Part shown: piece by piece, positions 9,934-20,879 of the stretch
Layout: each line of letters begins with the position of its first letter
Numbering within the stretch: position 1 is the first letter of the stretch
Virus record (IMG/VR): IMGVR_UViG_3300045988_101018
Span: 1-64,000 of that record
DNA length: 64,000 nt
Source of the DNA: a virus
Reading direction: 5' to 3' (one strand)
Translations under genes and position numbers: made by a program
The notes under the pieces: model-generated
Seen by the model: the letters and a program-made list of their open reading frames with translations, nothing else
Told to the model about the DNA's origin: nothing
Databases searched by the model: none

Positions 9934-11490
9934 AAGACATGGTTAACCGCCTTGTTTTGCGTTGTTAGATGCATCCTTTTTCCCAAGACAAAAATATGCA
10001 TTGCATCTGCGACAAGGCCGCAGGCGAATGAGGTTTTGTTGAAGATTACAGATGATTTTATGAAGAACTATGGTTTTGGATCTGAAAATCTTAGACGAGA
10101 AATTACATATGCTGCCGTTGGCGCAAATAAAGCTGTGATTGATTTTGCAAATGGCTCATGGATTAGGGTTGTTACCGCTTCTGATTCTGGTCGTGGTGCT
10201 CGTGCTAATATTTTGTTAGTCGATGAGTTTAGAATGGTTGACCTAGATACTATTAACACGGTATTGAGACGATTCCTTACAGCTCCAAGACAGCCGAATT
10301 ATTTAAATAATCCAAAATACGCACATCTTCTAGAACGAAATAAAGAGTTCTATATGAGTTCGGCGTGGTATAAAAACCACTGGTCTTTTGAAAAGGCGAA
10401 GGCTTATACGGTAAATATGCTTGATGATACTAAGAAGTATTTTATCTGCGGACTCCCATATCAGGTTTCTGTGAAAGAAGGTTTGTTATCTCGTGAACAA
10501 ATCGAAGATGAGATGTCTGAAACCGACTTTGATGAAGTCAAGTGGAGTATGGAGATGGATTGTTTATTCTTCGGTGATACTGAAGGCGCTTTCTTCTCAT
10601 TTGATGACATCGGATGCAGAAGAACTTTGCAAACAGCAGTCTACCCTCCTTCGTTTATAAACAATAAGACATATAAGATACCAGAATTGGCTACAAATGA
10701 AAGACGCATCATGTCTGTAGATGTTGCACTTATGGCTTCTAATAAACATAGAAATGATGCCAGTGCAATTATAATCAATAGCGCAATTCCTACAAATAAT
10801 AATAATTATGTGTCTAATATCATATATCTTGAGAACCATGAGGGGCTTAATACAGATGAACTGGCGCTTGTGATTCGTAGATTATTTAGACTATATAAAT
10901 GCACCGACCTTGTGGTCGATACGAATGGCAGCGGTCTGGGCGTATTTGATGCTCTTATCAGAGATATGGTAGACCCAGAAACAGGCGAGCTATATGGCGC
11001 TCTGTCTTGTTGCAATGATAAAGATATGGCGGCTAGATGTAAAGTAGCTAATGCGCCAGAAGTTATTTGGTCTATCAAAGCAAATGCTTCTTTTAACAAT
11101 GAGATTTGTATTTTGCTTAGAAGCGGATTTAAACAGGGTAAGATTAATCTTCTTGTTTCTGAGTTTGAAGCAGAAGAAATCTTAAAAGACAAAATAAAAG
11201 GCTATGCAAAGATGCAGCCTTTTGAGCAATTACAATACAAGATGCCGTATATACAAACGACATTATTGATATACGAGCTTACAAAGCTTGAGCACGAGAT
11301 AAAGGGAACTAATATCAAAATTATAGAAAAGACTGGTATGAGAAAAGACCGCTACAGTTCATTGGCATATAATTATTGGGTTCAGTGTCAGCTTGAGCGG
11401 GAAATTCTTCAAAAGCCGCAGGTTTCTTTTGATATTAAATCCTATGCAAAACAAATGAAAAAGTTAAACAAAAGACCAAATATGTACTAA
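9934..11490 (+). CDS. Terminase large subunit, exon 2
   Basis: Begins KTWLTALF, completing the Walker A motif. Walker B-like 'ANILLVDEF'. Terminase-sized protein upstream of the portal. Confidence 0.6.
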   Translation, partial: KTWLTALFCVVRCILFPKTKICIASATRPQANEVLLKITDDFMKNYGFGSENLRREITYAAVGANKAVIDFANGSWIRVVTASDSGRGARANILLVDEFRMVDLDTINTVLRRFLTAPRQPNYLNNPKYAHLLERNKEFYMSSAWYKNHWSFEKAKAYTVNMLDDTKKYFICGLPYQVSVKEGLLSREQIEDEMSETDFDEVKWSMEMDCLFFGDTEGAFFSFDDIGCRRTLQTAVYPPSFINNKTYKIPELATNERRIMSVDVALMASNKHRNDASAIIINSAIPTNNNNYVSNIIYLENHEGLNTDELALVIRRLFRLYKCTDLVVDTNGSGLGVFDALIRDMVDPETGELYGALSCCNDKDMAARCKVANAPEVIWSIKANASFNNEICILLRSGFKQGKINLLVSEFEAEEILKDKIKGYAKMQPFEQLQYKMPYIQTTLLIYELTKLEHEIKGTNIKIIEKTGMRKDRYSSLAYNYWVQCQLEREILQKPQVSFDIKSYAKQMKKLNKRPNMY

Positions 11491-11527
11491 TGGTTTTATG
11501 CGCATATTAAGGAGGTGAATCGGTTTA

Positions 11528-13066
11528 ATGGCTAATGATAAACTAGATTCTGAATATGCGTCTGAATATACAAAAGAAGATTATCTTCGTGACGAAGAAT
11601 CATTTAAGAAATCAGAAAAAGATGGAAAAGTTGATTGGAGCGCATTTAGCAGATTGATGCGCAACGACTTGTTTCTAAATACAGAGATTCTTGAAACTGG
11701 ATGTATTGGCGATATTAAATTAAGCGATATTGATACCGCAATCAAACATCCGAAAAAATATTGGCGTTTGCTTCTTGATGCATCGTCTTACCTCATGCGT
11801 GTATCCCCGCACTATTATAGACTGAATAGCCTTTATAGCAATATGGCTCTATTCTGTTGGTGGGTTGATTTATATGATGTCCAGAATACCGCAAAGACAG
11901 ATACGATTAAGAAACAATATTCTAAGCTTGCGGCAAAGCTCGAAGATATGAATTTAAAACATGAGTTTGCAAAAATAATGAGATATCTACCGTATCAAGA
12001 TATTTATTGCGGACTTGTTGTTGAAAGTTCGACAGATTTCTTCTTTCTTAAGATAGATTATAGGATATGTCAGCTATATCAGGTTCAAGATGGTTTATAT
12101 AATTTTAAAATTGACCTTGGCAAGATAAAGCAAAGTGAGTTAGCTGCGTATCCAGATTATGTACAGCAAGCTTATCTGGATTATATTGATGGCAAGGCAT
12201 CTTTTTGGTATAAGCCGCCAGCAGATAAGCAGATTTGCATTAAGCTGAATAGTCAATGGACATATCCATATCCAATGCTCATAGGAATGATTAAGGACAT
12301 TATAGATCTTGATACTTATAAGAAGTTAAAGTTGCAGTCTGCTAGAACCGATAACTATAAGGCGATTGCGGTTAAAGTTCCTATTGATGAGACTACGGTA
12401 GATAAGCCACTCCTTACCCCTGAAACGCTTAGTGTGTTTGCTGAAATTAACAGAGAGAGTATGAACGATGATATTGGACTGATTCATACTCTTGGTTCAG
12501 ATGGTGAAGCAATAAGCTTTAAGGATTCTAGCAACACAAGAAATAATGTTTCTGATGCAATTGATGAGCTTTATAATTCATCTGGCGAGTCTAAAGAGTT
12601 GTTTAACGGTTCGTCTTCTGGTACGGCTGTAACAATGTCCGTTGAGAACGATGCTGGTTTCGTATACGGAGTATACAGACAGCTTGAGCGATGGACTAAT
12701 AGATATATAAAGCTTAGAAATTATAATAAAAAAGCTTTCAAATTTTATTTTTATCTTCTTGATATAACTATCTTTAACAGAGATAACGTAAGCAAGAGAT
12801 ATAAGGACGCTGTAACGCTTGGCGTGTCTTGTATCGATAAATGGCTTGCATCTCTTGATATGACTCCTTCTAGAACGTTGGGGTCTTTTATTTTGCATAA
12901 TGATATCTTTGATTTCCATAATAACTTTGTTCCTCTTGCTACCTCCTATACTGAACCTGCTCAGGTTACAGAGAAAGAGGTTGGTAGACCAACCGCAGAA
13001 GATCGCGGTGAAACGCTTGACGTTGAAGGCGAAAAGACGCGCGATGGCGAGAAGAATGATAGATAA
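11528..13066 (+). CDS. Portal protein
   Basis: 512 aa, immediately after the terminase. RBS AGGAGGTG. Confidence 0.5.
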   Translation: MANDKLDSEYASEYTKEDYLRDEESFKKSEKDGKVDWSAFSRLMRNDLFLNTEILETGCIGDIKLSDIDTAIKHPKKYWRLLLDASSYLMRVSPHYYRLNSLYSNMALFCWWVDLYDVQNTAKTDTIKKQYSKLAAKLEDMNLKHEFAKIMRYLPYQDIYCGLVVESSTDFFFLKIDYRICQLYQVQDGLYNFKIDLGKIKQSELAAYPDYVQQAYLDYIDGKASFWYKPPADKQICIKLNSQWTYPYPMLIGMIKDIIDLDTYKKLKLQSARTDNYKAIAVKVPIDETTVDKPLLTPETLSVFAEINRESMNDDIGLIHTLGSDGEAISFKDSSNTRNNVSDAIDELYNSSGESKELFNGSSSGTAVTMSVENDAGFVYGVYRQLERWTNRYIKLRNYNKKAFKFYFYLLDITIFNRDNVSKRYKDAVTLGVSCIDKWLASLDMTPSRTLGSFILHNDIFDFHNNFVPLATSYTEPAQVTEKEVGRPTAEDRGETLDVEGEKTRDGEKNDR

Positions 13067-13072
13067 TGCGAG

Positions 13073-13261
13073 GTGTTTGATATGCGAGAAGAATTTAATT
13101 GCAAAGGTAAGCACTTAGCGCTATATCTTATGAGACATGGTTCCAAGCTCATAAGAATAGAACGTGTTGATGGATTTATCGTTTATGTTTTTGATAATGA
13201 TGAGTCTATTGAATCAAATATTGAAAAATGGAAGTCTGATAAAAGAAGATGTCTATTTTAA
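13073..13261 (+). CDS. Small hypothetical protein of 62 aa
   Basis: ORF between the portal and scaffold genes. Confidence 0.3.
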   Translation: MFDMREEFNCKGKHLALYLMRHGSKLIRIERVDGFIVYVFDNDESIESNIEKWKSDKRRCLF

Positions 13262-13290
13262 CCGATAGTTGTTTCTGGGGGTAATAATTT

Positions 13291-14772
13291 ATGGATAATA
13301 AATTTAACTCACTGCATTCAACATTCTCCGTTAACGGAGAAGTATCGGATGATGATACTAGATTTTTAAATATCACAATAGATGTATTGCATACTGGTGA
13401 GAATTTAAATAAAAGCTTTTTCTCCAAAGAAGTTGTCGATGACTGTATCGACTCAATAAAGAACACCCCTGTTCTTGGGTTTATCAAATATGATAAGTTC
13501 GCTCAGGAAGCAGACTTCAAGGGACATGAGTATGTGCTTACAAGAACCGAAGACGGTATCGAGGATAAGTACGTTGGCTCTGCGTATGGCGTAATTCCAG
13601 AGTCCTGTAATCCAAGATGGTTTACGAAGATGTGTTCTGATGGGGTTGAGCGAGAATTCTTACAGGTCGATGCGTTGCTGTGGGAAAAATTTAGTGACTC
13701 TACCGATATTGTTGAGCGCGATGGTGAAAAGGCTCAGTCTATGGAGCTTGCCGTCTCGTCTGTCGAAGGCGATGAAGATGAAGACGGTATATTTCACTTT
13801 GAAAAGTTTAAATTTGACGGGTGCTGTATGCTTGGCGATTCAGTTGAACCAGCTATGGTGGATGCAAACGTTAAAGTAAAAGACGTTCAGTTTGCTTCTG
13901 ATGATTTTGTAAAAGAAATTCAAAGTGAATTAAATGAAAAATTTACTAAATTTACCAAGTTAGTAAAAGATAAAGATGAACAAGGAGGTGTCAGAAATAT
14001 GTCCAATCCTGATACTGATTTTGCACAGACTGTACTTCAGCAGTTTAATGATGTAGCCGATAGTGTTCGTGAGTTTGCTACGATGAAGGACTATTGGGGC
14101 GAAGACGTACCTCGTTTCTCTGCTGTTGACATTCAGGGTGATGAGGTAATTGCTGTCGATAAGCAGGATAATTATCATTATGTCGGTTTCAAGTTTACCG
14201 TTGACGGTGATAGTCCCAAGATTGATTTTGATAGCATGATTCGCAAGAAGGTTACTTATTCTGACTATGAGGATGGCGCTGTTGCGCCAGAGGGCGCATT
14301 TGATTTTGGTAAGCATATTGCTGATTTCGAGGAAGCTGCCGCTGCTAAAATCGCCGATGCCGAAGCTCAGGCTGCTGTTGAGTCAGATGAGAAGGCTAAG
14401 ATTGAGTCTGAGTTCAGTGCTGTTAAGGCCGAGCTTGAAGAGATTAAGCCTAAGTATGATGAGTTTGTAGCTGCCGATGAGAAGCGTAAGGCTGATGAGC
14501 TTGATGCTCAGAAGAACGCTAAGTTCGCTGAGTATGAGGATGTTCTTGCCGAGAATGCTGATTTTGCTGCTATTAAGGAAAAGAAGGACGAGCTTTCTGT
14601 CGATGAGATTGAGAAGGAATGCGCAGTTCTTTACGTAAAGGTTAATCGCAAGAATAACTTCAGCAAGCAGGATTCTAGCGCTGCTGTTGCTGGTGTCCTC
14701 GATGACGGGGATGATAATGATTCGAATTGCTGGATGTCCAAGAAGTACGGCGCAATTCATATCAATCGATAA
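13291..14772 (+). CDS. Scaffolding protein, possibly with an N-terminal protease-like domain
   Basis: Highly acidic. The C-terminal half is an Ala/Glu/Lys-rich predicted coiled coil. Position precedes the capsid gene. Confidence 0.4.
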   Translation: MDNKFNSLHSTFSVNGEVSDDDTRFLNITIDVLHTGENLNKSFFSKEVVDDCIDSIKNTPVLGFIKYDKFAQEADFKGHEYVLTRTEDGIEDKYVGSAYGVIPESCNPRWFTKMCSDGVEREFLQVDALLWEKFSDSTDIVERDGEKAQSMELAVSSVEGDEDEDGIFHFEKFKFDGCCMLGDSVEPAMVDANVKVKDVQFASDDFVKEIQSELNEKFTKFTKLVKDKDEQGGVRNMSNPDTDFAQTVLQQFNDVADSVREFATMKDYWGEDVPRFSAVDIQGDEVIAVDKQDNYHYVGFKFTVDGDSPKIDFDSMIRKKVTYSDYEDGAVAPEGAFDFGKHIADFEEAAAAKIADAEAQAAVESDEKAKIESEFSAVKAELEEIKPKYDEFVAADEKRKADELDAQKNAKFAEYEDVLAENADFAAIKEKKDELSVDEIEKECAVLYVKVNRKNNFSKQDSSAAVAGVLDDGDDNDSNCWMSKKYGAIHINR

Positions 14773-14801
14773 ATTTTAATTAACTATTGAGGAGGACTCA
14801 A

Positions 14802-15350
14802 ATGGCTAAGTATACAGTGTTTGAGAGCACTAACATGAAGTCCAGCCGCTTTGCAGAGCGTATCTTTGACGCAGTTGCGGAAGAGGACATTGAGAATGGC
14901 ACCTTTGGTTATCTTGGTGAGCAGGAAGAGGAGGGTAGCCACGTCTATAAGTTCAAGAAGGGCTTTAAGGCTGGCGAGACTGTAGTTGTCGCCGACCAGC
15001 CTGCGTGGAAGGAAGACTATCGCCGTACCGCTGATATGCGCCGCGATAAGTTTGTTATTCCTGCTGGCACCCGTTTCCGTGTTCGCGTTGTGGCTAAGAA
15101 CGATGAGTTCGCTATCACCATTGAGGGCGTTACCACCACTACCCGCGATAAGATGAAGATTGGCGCTCACCTTACCATTGATGAGACTACTGGTAAGCTT
15201 GTAGCTGCCGAGACTGCCGCAGAGGGTAGTCCTGTTATGGAAGCCGTTGTTGAGCGTAAGCGTATCGTTGGCGGCACTCTTGCCACGGCTGCGCACAACT
15301 ACGGTTATGCAAATGAAATGTTCACAGCCCGTGTCAAGGTTCTGGGCTAA
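14802..15350 (+). CDS. Head protein, possibly a decoration or auxiliary scaffold protein
   Basis: RBS GAGGAGG. Lies between the scaffold and major capsid genes. Confidence 0.3.
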   Translation: MAKYTVFESTNMKSSRFAERIFDAVAEEDIENGTFGYLGEQEEEGSHVYKFKKGFKAGETVVVADQPAWKEDYRRTADMRRDKFVIPAGTRFRVRVVAKNDEFAITIEGVTTTTRDKMKIGAHLTIDETTGKLVAAETAAEGSPVMEAVVERKRIVGGTLATAAHNYGYANEMFTARVKVLG

Positions 15351-15373
15351 CTTATTTAAGGAGGATATAGACT

Positions 15374-16396
15374 ATGCATAAGTATGATTTTAGCAATGAT
15401 GAGCAGAAGGTCTACAATCTCGCCCTTGACCTTGCACGCAATGATTTCTCTCTTGACGGCGAGGTAAAGAAGCGCGACCTAGAGGACGCTCTTCGTAACA
15501 CTATTAACAATGACATCCTTAAGGGCAAGACTCTTTATCAGGCTTATCGCCGCAACAAGACTGTCCTTTTCGAGATTATCGAGGAGATTGTCACAACTAC
15601 TATTGGCGAGAACATTCTTGACTCTCCATTCATCAATGAGTTTGTTGAGGTAAAGAATCGCGCTCTTGGTGACAACACTGCTTTCTATGCTGAGGGCGGT
15701 ATGCTATCAGTGGCTTCTTTCGCTGGTAATCATTGGGACACCAACCGTCAGTCCATTGACCTTGGTGAAGAGTTTACGCTCCCGAAGGAGTGGTATTACA
15801 TCCACGTCTATGACGAGCTTGAGCGCTTCCTTCTTGGTGTAGCTTCTCTCGACAAGCTTGTCGATAAGGTCTATAAGGCTATTAGCAAGTACATGTCTGA
15901 CCGTATTTACGCTCAGTTCCAGAATGTTGCCAACTCCGTCCCTGCCGAGTTCACTAAGAGCGGCAACACCGAGGAAGCTCTTGGCGACCTTTGCGATTTG
16001 GTTCAGGCCGCTGGTGGTTATGGTTCTCTAACCATTGCTGGCACCAAGGCTGCTCTCCGCAAGCTTGTTAATGTTGTCCCCGATAAGACCTTTGCCGATT
16101 CTCAGAAGGAAGCTAAGGCTTCTACTGGCACCATCGGCGAGTGGGAGGGCAACAAGCTCATGGTTATCCCTCAGACCCTTAAGTCTGGTACTTTTGAGTT
16201 TGCCCTAAGCAAGAATCAGATTTTCGTTATGGGCGCTGACGTTAAGCCAATTAAGCTTGAGTTCATCGGCGATACCCGTACTGTCGAGTATGGTTCTCAG
16301 CAGACTAACGACCTTACCGAAGGCCTACAGATTCAGACCCAGATTGGCATGGGTATGCTTCTACCTCCCTATTTTGGCGTTTTTAACTTCGCCTAA
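15374..16396 (+). CDS. Major capsid protein
   Basis: 340 aa. Strong RBS AAGGAGG. Position and size fit a capsid protein. Confidence 0.5.
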   Translation: MHKYDFSNDEQKVYNLALDLARNDFSLDGEVKKRDLEDALRNTINNDILKGKTLYQAYRRNKTVLFEIIEEIVTTTIGENILDSPFINEFVEVKNRALGDNTAFYAEGGMLSVASFAGNHWDTNRQSIDLGEEFTLPKEWYYIHVYDELERFLLGVASLDKLVDKVYKAISKYMSDRIYAQFQNVANSVPAEFTKSGNTEEALGDLCDLVQAAGGYGSLTIAGTKAALRKLVNVVPDKTFADSQKEAKASTGTIGEWEGNKLMVIPQTLKSGTFEFALSKNQIFVMGADVKPIKLEFIGDTRTVEYGSQQTNDLTEGLQIQTQIGMGMLLPPYFGVFNFA

Positions 16397-16447
16397 TAAT
16401 TGGGTTATATATAGTTTGAATATTGTTTAAAGAAAGGTGGTTTGGTT

Positions 16448-17068
16448 ATGGCTCGCACTGCAAAGTCTACCAATGCCGAACCCGTTGTTGACGCGGCTAC
16501 TGTGGATGATTCTACCGTAGCCGCCGTTAATTCGGTGGAAGAAAATATGAATGATGAAACTGCAACTGCCGTCACGAAGCGTACTTCTAGACGCAAGAAT
16601 ACGCGACAGTCTGCTGATGTTGAGGACACTCTTTCTGATTCTGATATGATTGAGGTCGAGTCTCTTATTCCAAACGTGGTTTATGAGGACAGTCGTACTG
16701 GCAATTATTATGAGTGGTCAGAGATTGGTCATTGCGAGGATATGACTTTCGATGAGGTTAAGAACATGCATCGAAAGCATAAGACGTATTTCAATGACAT
16801 GTGGTTAAAGCCACTTGATGAACGTGTTATCAAGAAGCTTGGTCTTTCCCGTACTTATGATAAGTATAATTTCCTTGTTGATGAATCTAATTATACTAAC
16901 GATAATATCGATGAGGTGCTTGATGGCCTTTCATCTGCTCCTGCCAGTCTAAAGATTGCCATTGTAAATCGTATCAAAGATATGGTTGCAGATGGCACTG
17001 TTTCAGACATCAAGGTTGTTAGAAAGCTTGAGAAGCGACTTGACATCGATTTGATTTCTTTCCTTTAA
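16448..17068 (+). CDS. Hypothetical structural protein with a low-complexity Ala/Thr/Val-rich N-terminus
   Basis: ORF within the head-tail joining region. Confidence 0.3.
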   Translation: MARTAKSTNAEPVVDAATVDDSTVAAVNSVEENMNDETATAVTKRTSRRKNTRQSADVEDTLSDSDMIEVESLIPNVVYEDSRTGNYYEWSEIGHCEDMTFDEVKNMHRKHKTYFNDMWLKPLDERVIKKLGLSRTYDKYNFLVDESNYTNDNIDEVLDGLSSAPASLKIAIVNRIKDMVADGTVSDIKVVRKLEKRLDIDLISFL

Positions 17069-17090
17069 AGAATGGGATTGGTGAGTAATC

Positions 17091-17573
17091 ATGCCGACTC
17101 CATATGAGAAAATATATGAAAATCTTTTGCCGAAGTTTCGCAGTTATGAAATCCCTATGATGACTGTTGAAGAGGTAAAGGAGAATTTGCATGATTATCT
17201 CGTTCCCGCTATTGCGAGATTTCATGTTTGCAGAAAAGATTTAAATGATAGGGATGATATTGTAGAGCGTTTTAATTGCAATTTATCAGATATGGAAATT
17301 GAGATTTTTAGCAATTATATGCTCTTGGAATATATTGATTCTACTTACATTAGAACGTCCACCTTGCTTAAGGTTAATCTGAGTTCGACAGATTTTAATG
17401 CATTTAGTCCCGCCAACATGCTCGATAAGCTAATGGCGATGCATAAAACATATCTCGCTGAAAATGAAGCGCTACTATCTCGTTATGCGTGGCTTGGTCT
17501 TAAAGAAGATAACTCTTTAATGTCCACTGGGTACAAAAAGAAAAAACAACTCTTTGACTACTCCATGCTTTAG
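17091..17573 (+). CDS. Head-tail connector or adaptor candidate
   Basis: Position only. Confidence 0.3.
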   Translation: MPTPYEKIYENLLPKFRSYEIPMMTVEEVKENLHDYLVPAIARFHVCRKDLNDRDDIVERFNCNLSDMEIEIFSNYMLLEYIDSTYIRTSTLLKVNLSSTDFNAFSPANMLDKLMAMHKTYLAENEALLSRYAWLGLKEDNSLMSTGYKKKKQLFDYSML

Positions 17574-17590
17574 AAAGGCGGTGTATCGCA

Positions 17591-18640
17591 GTGAGATGTT
17601 TAGACAGATTCAATCGTAAGATGGCTCTTAGTGGCAGTTCTATACGAAATGAAGTTATTAAGAACAGTCAAGAGTTGCTGAAAGAAACATTCGCTGACGA
17701 TCCATCGTTTGCAACGGGTATATACTTTTGGCAACCAAGTACGCATTCTTATGCAGACTCAAGTGAGTTGCCTATTAGATTATATGGTAGGTCGTTTTCT
17801 AATGCCAATGGCGTTGTTGTTAAGTTCCAGACATTAATTGATAACCCAATTGTTGTCGGTGATATGCTATATGATTCAACTGATGACGAGTATTTGCTAT
17901 GCACAGAGTCATTCAATGTAGATGGCGTGCATTGGAAAGGCAAGTTCAGTTTATGTAATTGGACGTTAAAATGGCAAAACAAGAATGGTGATATTCTTGA
18001 ATATCCATGCGTAGACATCAACTCTACTCAGTATAACTCTGGTGAACAGGCAAGCTCTAAAATGACAATTGGCTCTTCTCAGCACATTGCTACGCTGCCG
18101 TATGACGAGAATACAATTGCTATTAAGTCTCCGCAGAGATTCTTCTTGGACAGAGATACTGAAACGCCAACATCATTTATCGTTACGCAGAATGATAATA
18201 CCAGCATGTTCTTTGGCAAAAAGGGTCTTGTAAAAATCACTATGCTTGAATGCGAGCGTAATAATGATACAGATAGGCCAGATTTGGGTATCTGTGATTA
18301 TTTTGAAAAAGACGATTTAAAGACTAACAACGCTGATGAAAAGAAAGCTGTAAAGTCTGTTATCTCATATAAGACTACAACCATTAAGTCTGGTGGTAGT
18401 AGGCAGAAATTCGTTGGAACGTTTGTTGATGAAAAGGGCGAAGAGATTGATGATATTTCTACGAATTGGGAAATCATATGTGATTTTGCCGATTCACTTA
18501 TTGTCAATGAGGACGGCAATTCTCTTACGATAGGCGTTGACGATGACTCTTTGATAGGTGAAGAATTTAAACTTACGCTATCAGATGAGTCTGGTAATTA
18601 TAAGTCTTCTATTATTATTCAGATAGGATCGTTGTTGTAA
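17591..18640 (+). CDS. Hypothetical structural protein of 349 aa
   Basis: Long ORF on the same strand. Confidence 0.3.
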   Translation: MRCLDRFNRKMALSGSSIRNEVIKNSQELLKETFADDPSFATGIYFWQPSTHSYADSSELPIRLYGRSFSNANGVVVKFQTLIDNPIVVGDMLYDSTDDEYLLCTESFNVDGVHWKGKFSLCNWTLKWQNKNGDILEYPCVDINSTQYNSGEQASSKMTIGSSQHIATLPYDENTIAIKSPQRFFLDRDTETPTSFIVTQNDNTSMFFGKKGLVKITMLECERNNDTDRPDLGICDYFEKDDLKTNNADEKKAVKSVISYKTTTIKSGGSRQKFVGTFVDEKGEEIDDISTNWEIICDFADSLIVNEDGNSLTIGVDDDSLIGEEFKLTLSDESGNYKSSIIIQIGSLL

Positions 18641-19137
18641 TGGCTAATAGTTCAATAATTGGTAGAGCGAAAAATAGAATTATCAAAGATTTTATCAAGG
18701 ATATCAACATTATTCAGGCTATTGGCGATGAAAATATTACATCTGTTGAAAATGGCGAAGATTTAATTGGCACTCGAATTTTCGGTTATGGTCAGAATCC
18801 AAATACAATTAATGAAGTTGGTACATTCATTATGATTTTGGTTCATATTCCAAATGCCATTACTAGTACATACACATTTGTCGCACCAGAAGTTGAGATT
18901 TGGATTATCTCGCATGAACGACATATGGCAGTGGATAATGTAAAAGGTATTCCTGATAATAGAAACGATTATCTTGCTAGGCTTATTGACATGAAACTTA
19001 ATGGTCGTTCTGATATAGGTCTTGGCGAACTTAAACTTACGAGCAATGTTGAAGGTTCGTTGCAAAGAGACTATCTGTATAGAAAGCTTATATTTAAGGG
19101 AACTGATTTGAATAAGTCTTTGTGCGCTGACGAATAG
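18640..19137 (+). CDS. Head-tail joining or tail-completion candidate
   Basis: Start overlaps the previous stop (ATGg/TAA). Position only. Confidence 0.3.
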   Translation: MANSSIIGRAKNRIIKDFIKDINIIQAIGDENITSVENGEDLIGTRIFGYGQNPNTINEVGTFIMILVHIPNAITSTYTFVAPEVEIWIISHERHMAVDNVKGIPDNRNDYLARLIDMKLNGRSDIGLGELKLTSNVEGSLQRDYLYRKLIFKGTDLNKSLCADE

Positions 19138-19148
19138 GCGGTGTACAT

Positions 19149-19976
19149 ATGTTTGAATTAGATGACCTTAAAATTTATAGGGGCAATGATATCCAGATTA
19201 CTCCTAAGATAATCGTTACTCAGCCCACAATTGGTCAGATAGAAGAATTCGGTGAGAAAAGATATTTTAACGCCGTATATACTCTCACTGCTGTTGGCGC
19301 TGATTTAAAGTGGCAGCTATGGGATATGGAACAGATAGACTATACGCAGATTGAAGACTATGACTTGTTCATAACATTTATATCTAAAGCTGTATCTAGT
19401 CAAAGACCGCTATACGATGAGCTTATGAGTAATGAAGAAAAATACAAAGAGGAACTTGCAATGATACCTCAAGATAGACTTGAGATGATGTGCATCAATC
19501 CGCTTCAGCTCATATTAAAAGACATCGATTTAGCTGATTTTATACCGTGTAAAAATACAGAGAATGACCAGATAGTGCTGTATAATGCCGAGCGCGATAT
19601 AACGATTGATAGAATGATATATTCACAAATAGTTGATGCCGTGAGAAAAATACATGGTCTTAAGCGTAACAATGAAACACCTGCTAATGAAACGACTAAG
19701 ATGATTTTAATTGATGACGCTAGAGAAGAAGCTAAAGCTGCTTCACAAAAACCATATAAAAGCACTCTCAAACCTCTTGTCTCTGCGCTTACCGTTAAAT
19801 GCGGTTTGTGTGGCACTGATAAGGTTTGGGATATGAAGATAAATGCATTTTTCGATAGCATTAAACGAATTAATAAAATTCAAGATTCAGAACTCCTTCT
19901 ACAAGGAGCATATTCTGGATTTGCCAGTCTAAAAGGCGTTGATAAAAATCGTCTTGACTGGACTGGTGACATATAA
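19149..19976 (+). CDS. Hypothetical structural protein of 275 aa
   Basis: Position only. Confidence 0.3.
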   Translation: MFELDDLKIYRGNDIQITPKIIVTQPTIGQIEEFGEKRYFNAVYTLTAVGADLKWQLWDMEQIDYTQIEDYDLFITFISKAVSSQRPLYDELMSNEEKYKEELAMIPQDRLEMMCINPLQLILKDIDLADFIPCKNTENDQIVLYNAERDITIDRMIYSQIVDAVRKIHGLKRNNETPANETTKMILIDDAREEAKAASQKPYKSTLKPLVSALTVKCGLCGTDKVWDMKINAFFDSIKRINKIQDSELLLQGAYSGFASLKGVDKNRLDWTGDI

Positions 19977-20003
19977 AATATAAATTTGATTGGAGGAAGC
20001 AAT

Positions 20004-20789
20004 ATGGCTTTCAATAAGAATGAACTTATCCTTGACCGTGTTCGTTCAATGACCTTCAATGACCTTTCCACTGGTGAGATGCTTTTCCGTCTTACCCAGC
20101 TTGAGGATCCTACCCTTACATGCACTTCTGAGGGCGAGGAGGTCACTGACGCTCTCGGTTCTGTGATTACTACTCTTTATCGTTCAAAGAAGGCTACCTT
20201 CTCTGCTACGAACTCCCTTGTCTCCCTCGACCTTGCTGCCGCTCAGTATGGCACCAAGAAGGAGGTCGCTGAGACTGGCAAGGAGATTGTTACTCGTACA
20301 TTCGAGACTATTACTATCCCCGATGCTGCTACCACTGTAAAGCTTGCTCATAAGCCCGCTAACAAGGATGATGTCAAGTTTATTTACTCTATCGCCAACG
20401 GTGAGCTTGGTAAGTCTTATAAGGCTGGTGCCGATGCAAGCGATACCGAGTTTGTTGTTGCCGAGGATGGCACTATCACACTTCCCACTGGTCTTACTGG
20501 CAAGATTTATGTCGAGTATGAGTTTAAGACTGAGAACGCTGTTCGCATCGTCAACAAGGCTTCTAAGTTCCCCGAAGCCGCCAAGGTTGTCATTTACGCT
20601 ATCTTCCGCGATGCTTGCAACGAGAACGTTGTCTACTCTGGCGTTATCGTATGCCCCAAGGCCAAGTTCAACCCTGAGTCTGTCGAGCTTGCTCTTACCT
20701 CTACTGGCAAGCACGCCTTTGAGCTTAATATGATGAAGGATTACTGCGAGGACGATGGCGATCTATTCACAATCATTGTCAATGAGTAA
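20004..20789 (+). CDS. Major tail (tube) protein candidate
   Basis: RBS GGAGGAAG. Size about 260 aa. Lies upstream of the chaperone and tape-measure genes. Confidence 0.4.
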   Translation: MAFNKNELILDRVRSMTFNDLSTGEMLFRLTQLEDPTLTCTSEGEEVTDALGSVITTLYRSKKATFSATNSLVSLDLAAAQYGTKKEVAETGKEIVTRTFETITIPDAATTVKLAHKPANKDDVKFIYSIANGELGKSYKAGADASDTEFVVAEDGTITLPTGLTGKIYVEYEFKTENAVRIVNKASKFPEAAKVVIYAIFRDACNENVVYSGVIVCPKAKFNPESVELALTSTGKHAFELNMMKDYCEDDGDLFTIIVNE

Positions 20790-20879
20790 CGCCTGATAAT
20801 TAGTATGTTTAATAATGCGGGGGAAGGGTGTTTACTCCCCCTCCCCACGTTGTTCTACTGGTTGAAAGGCGGTGAAGCA

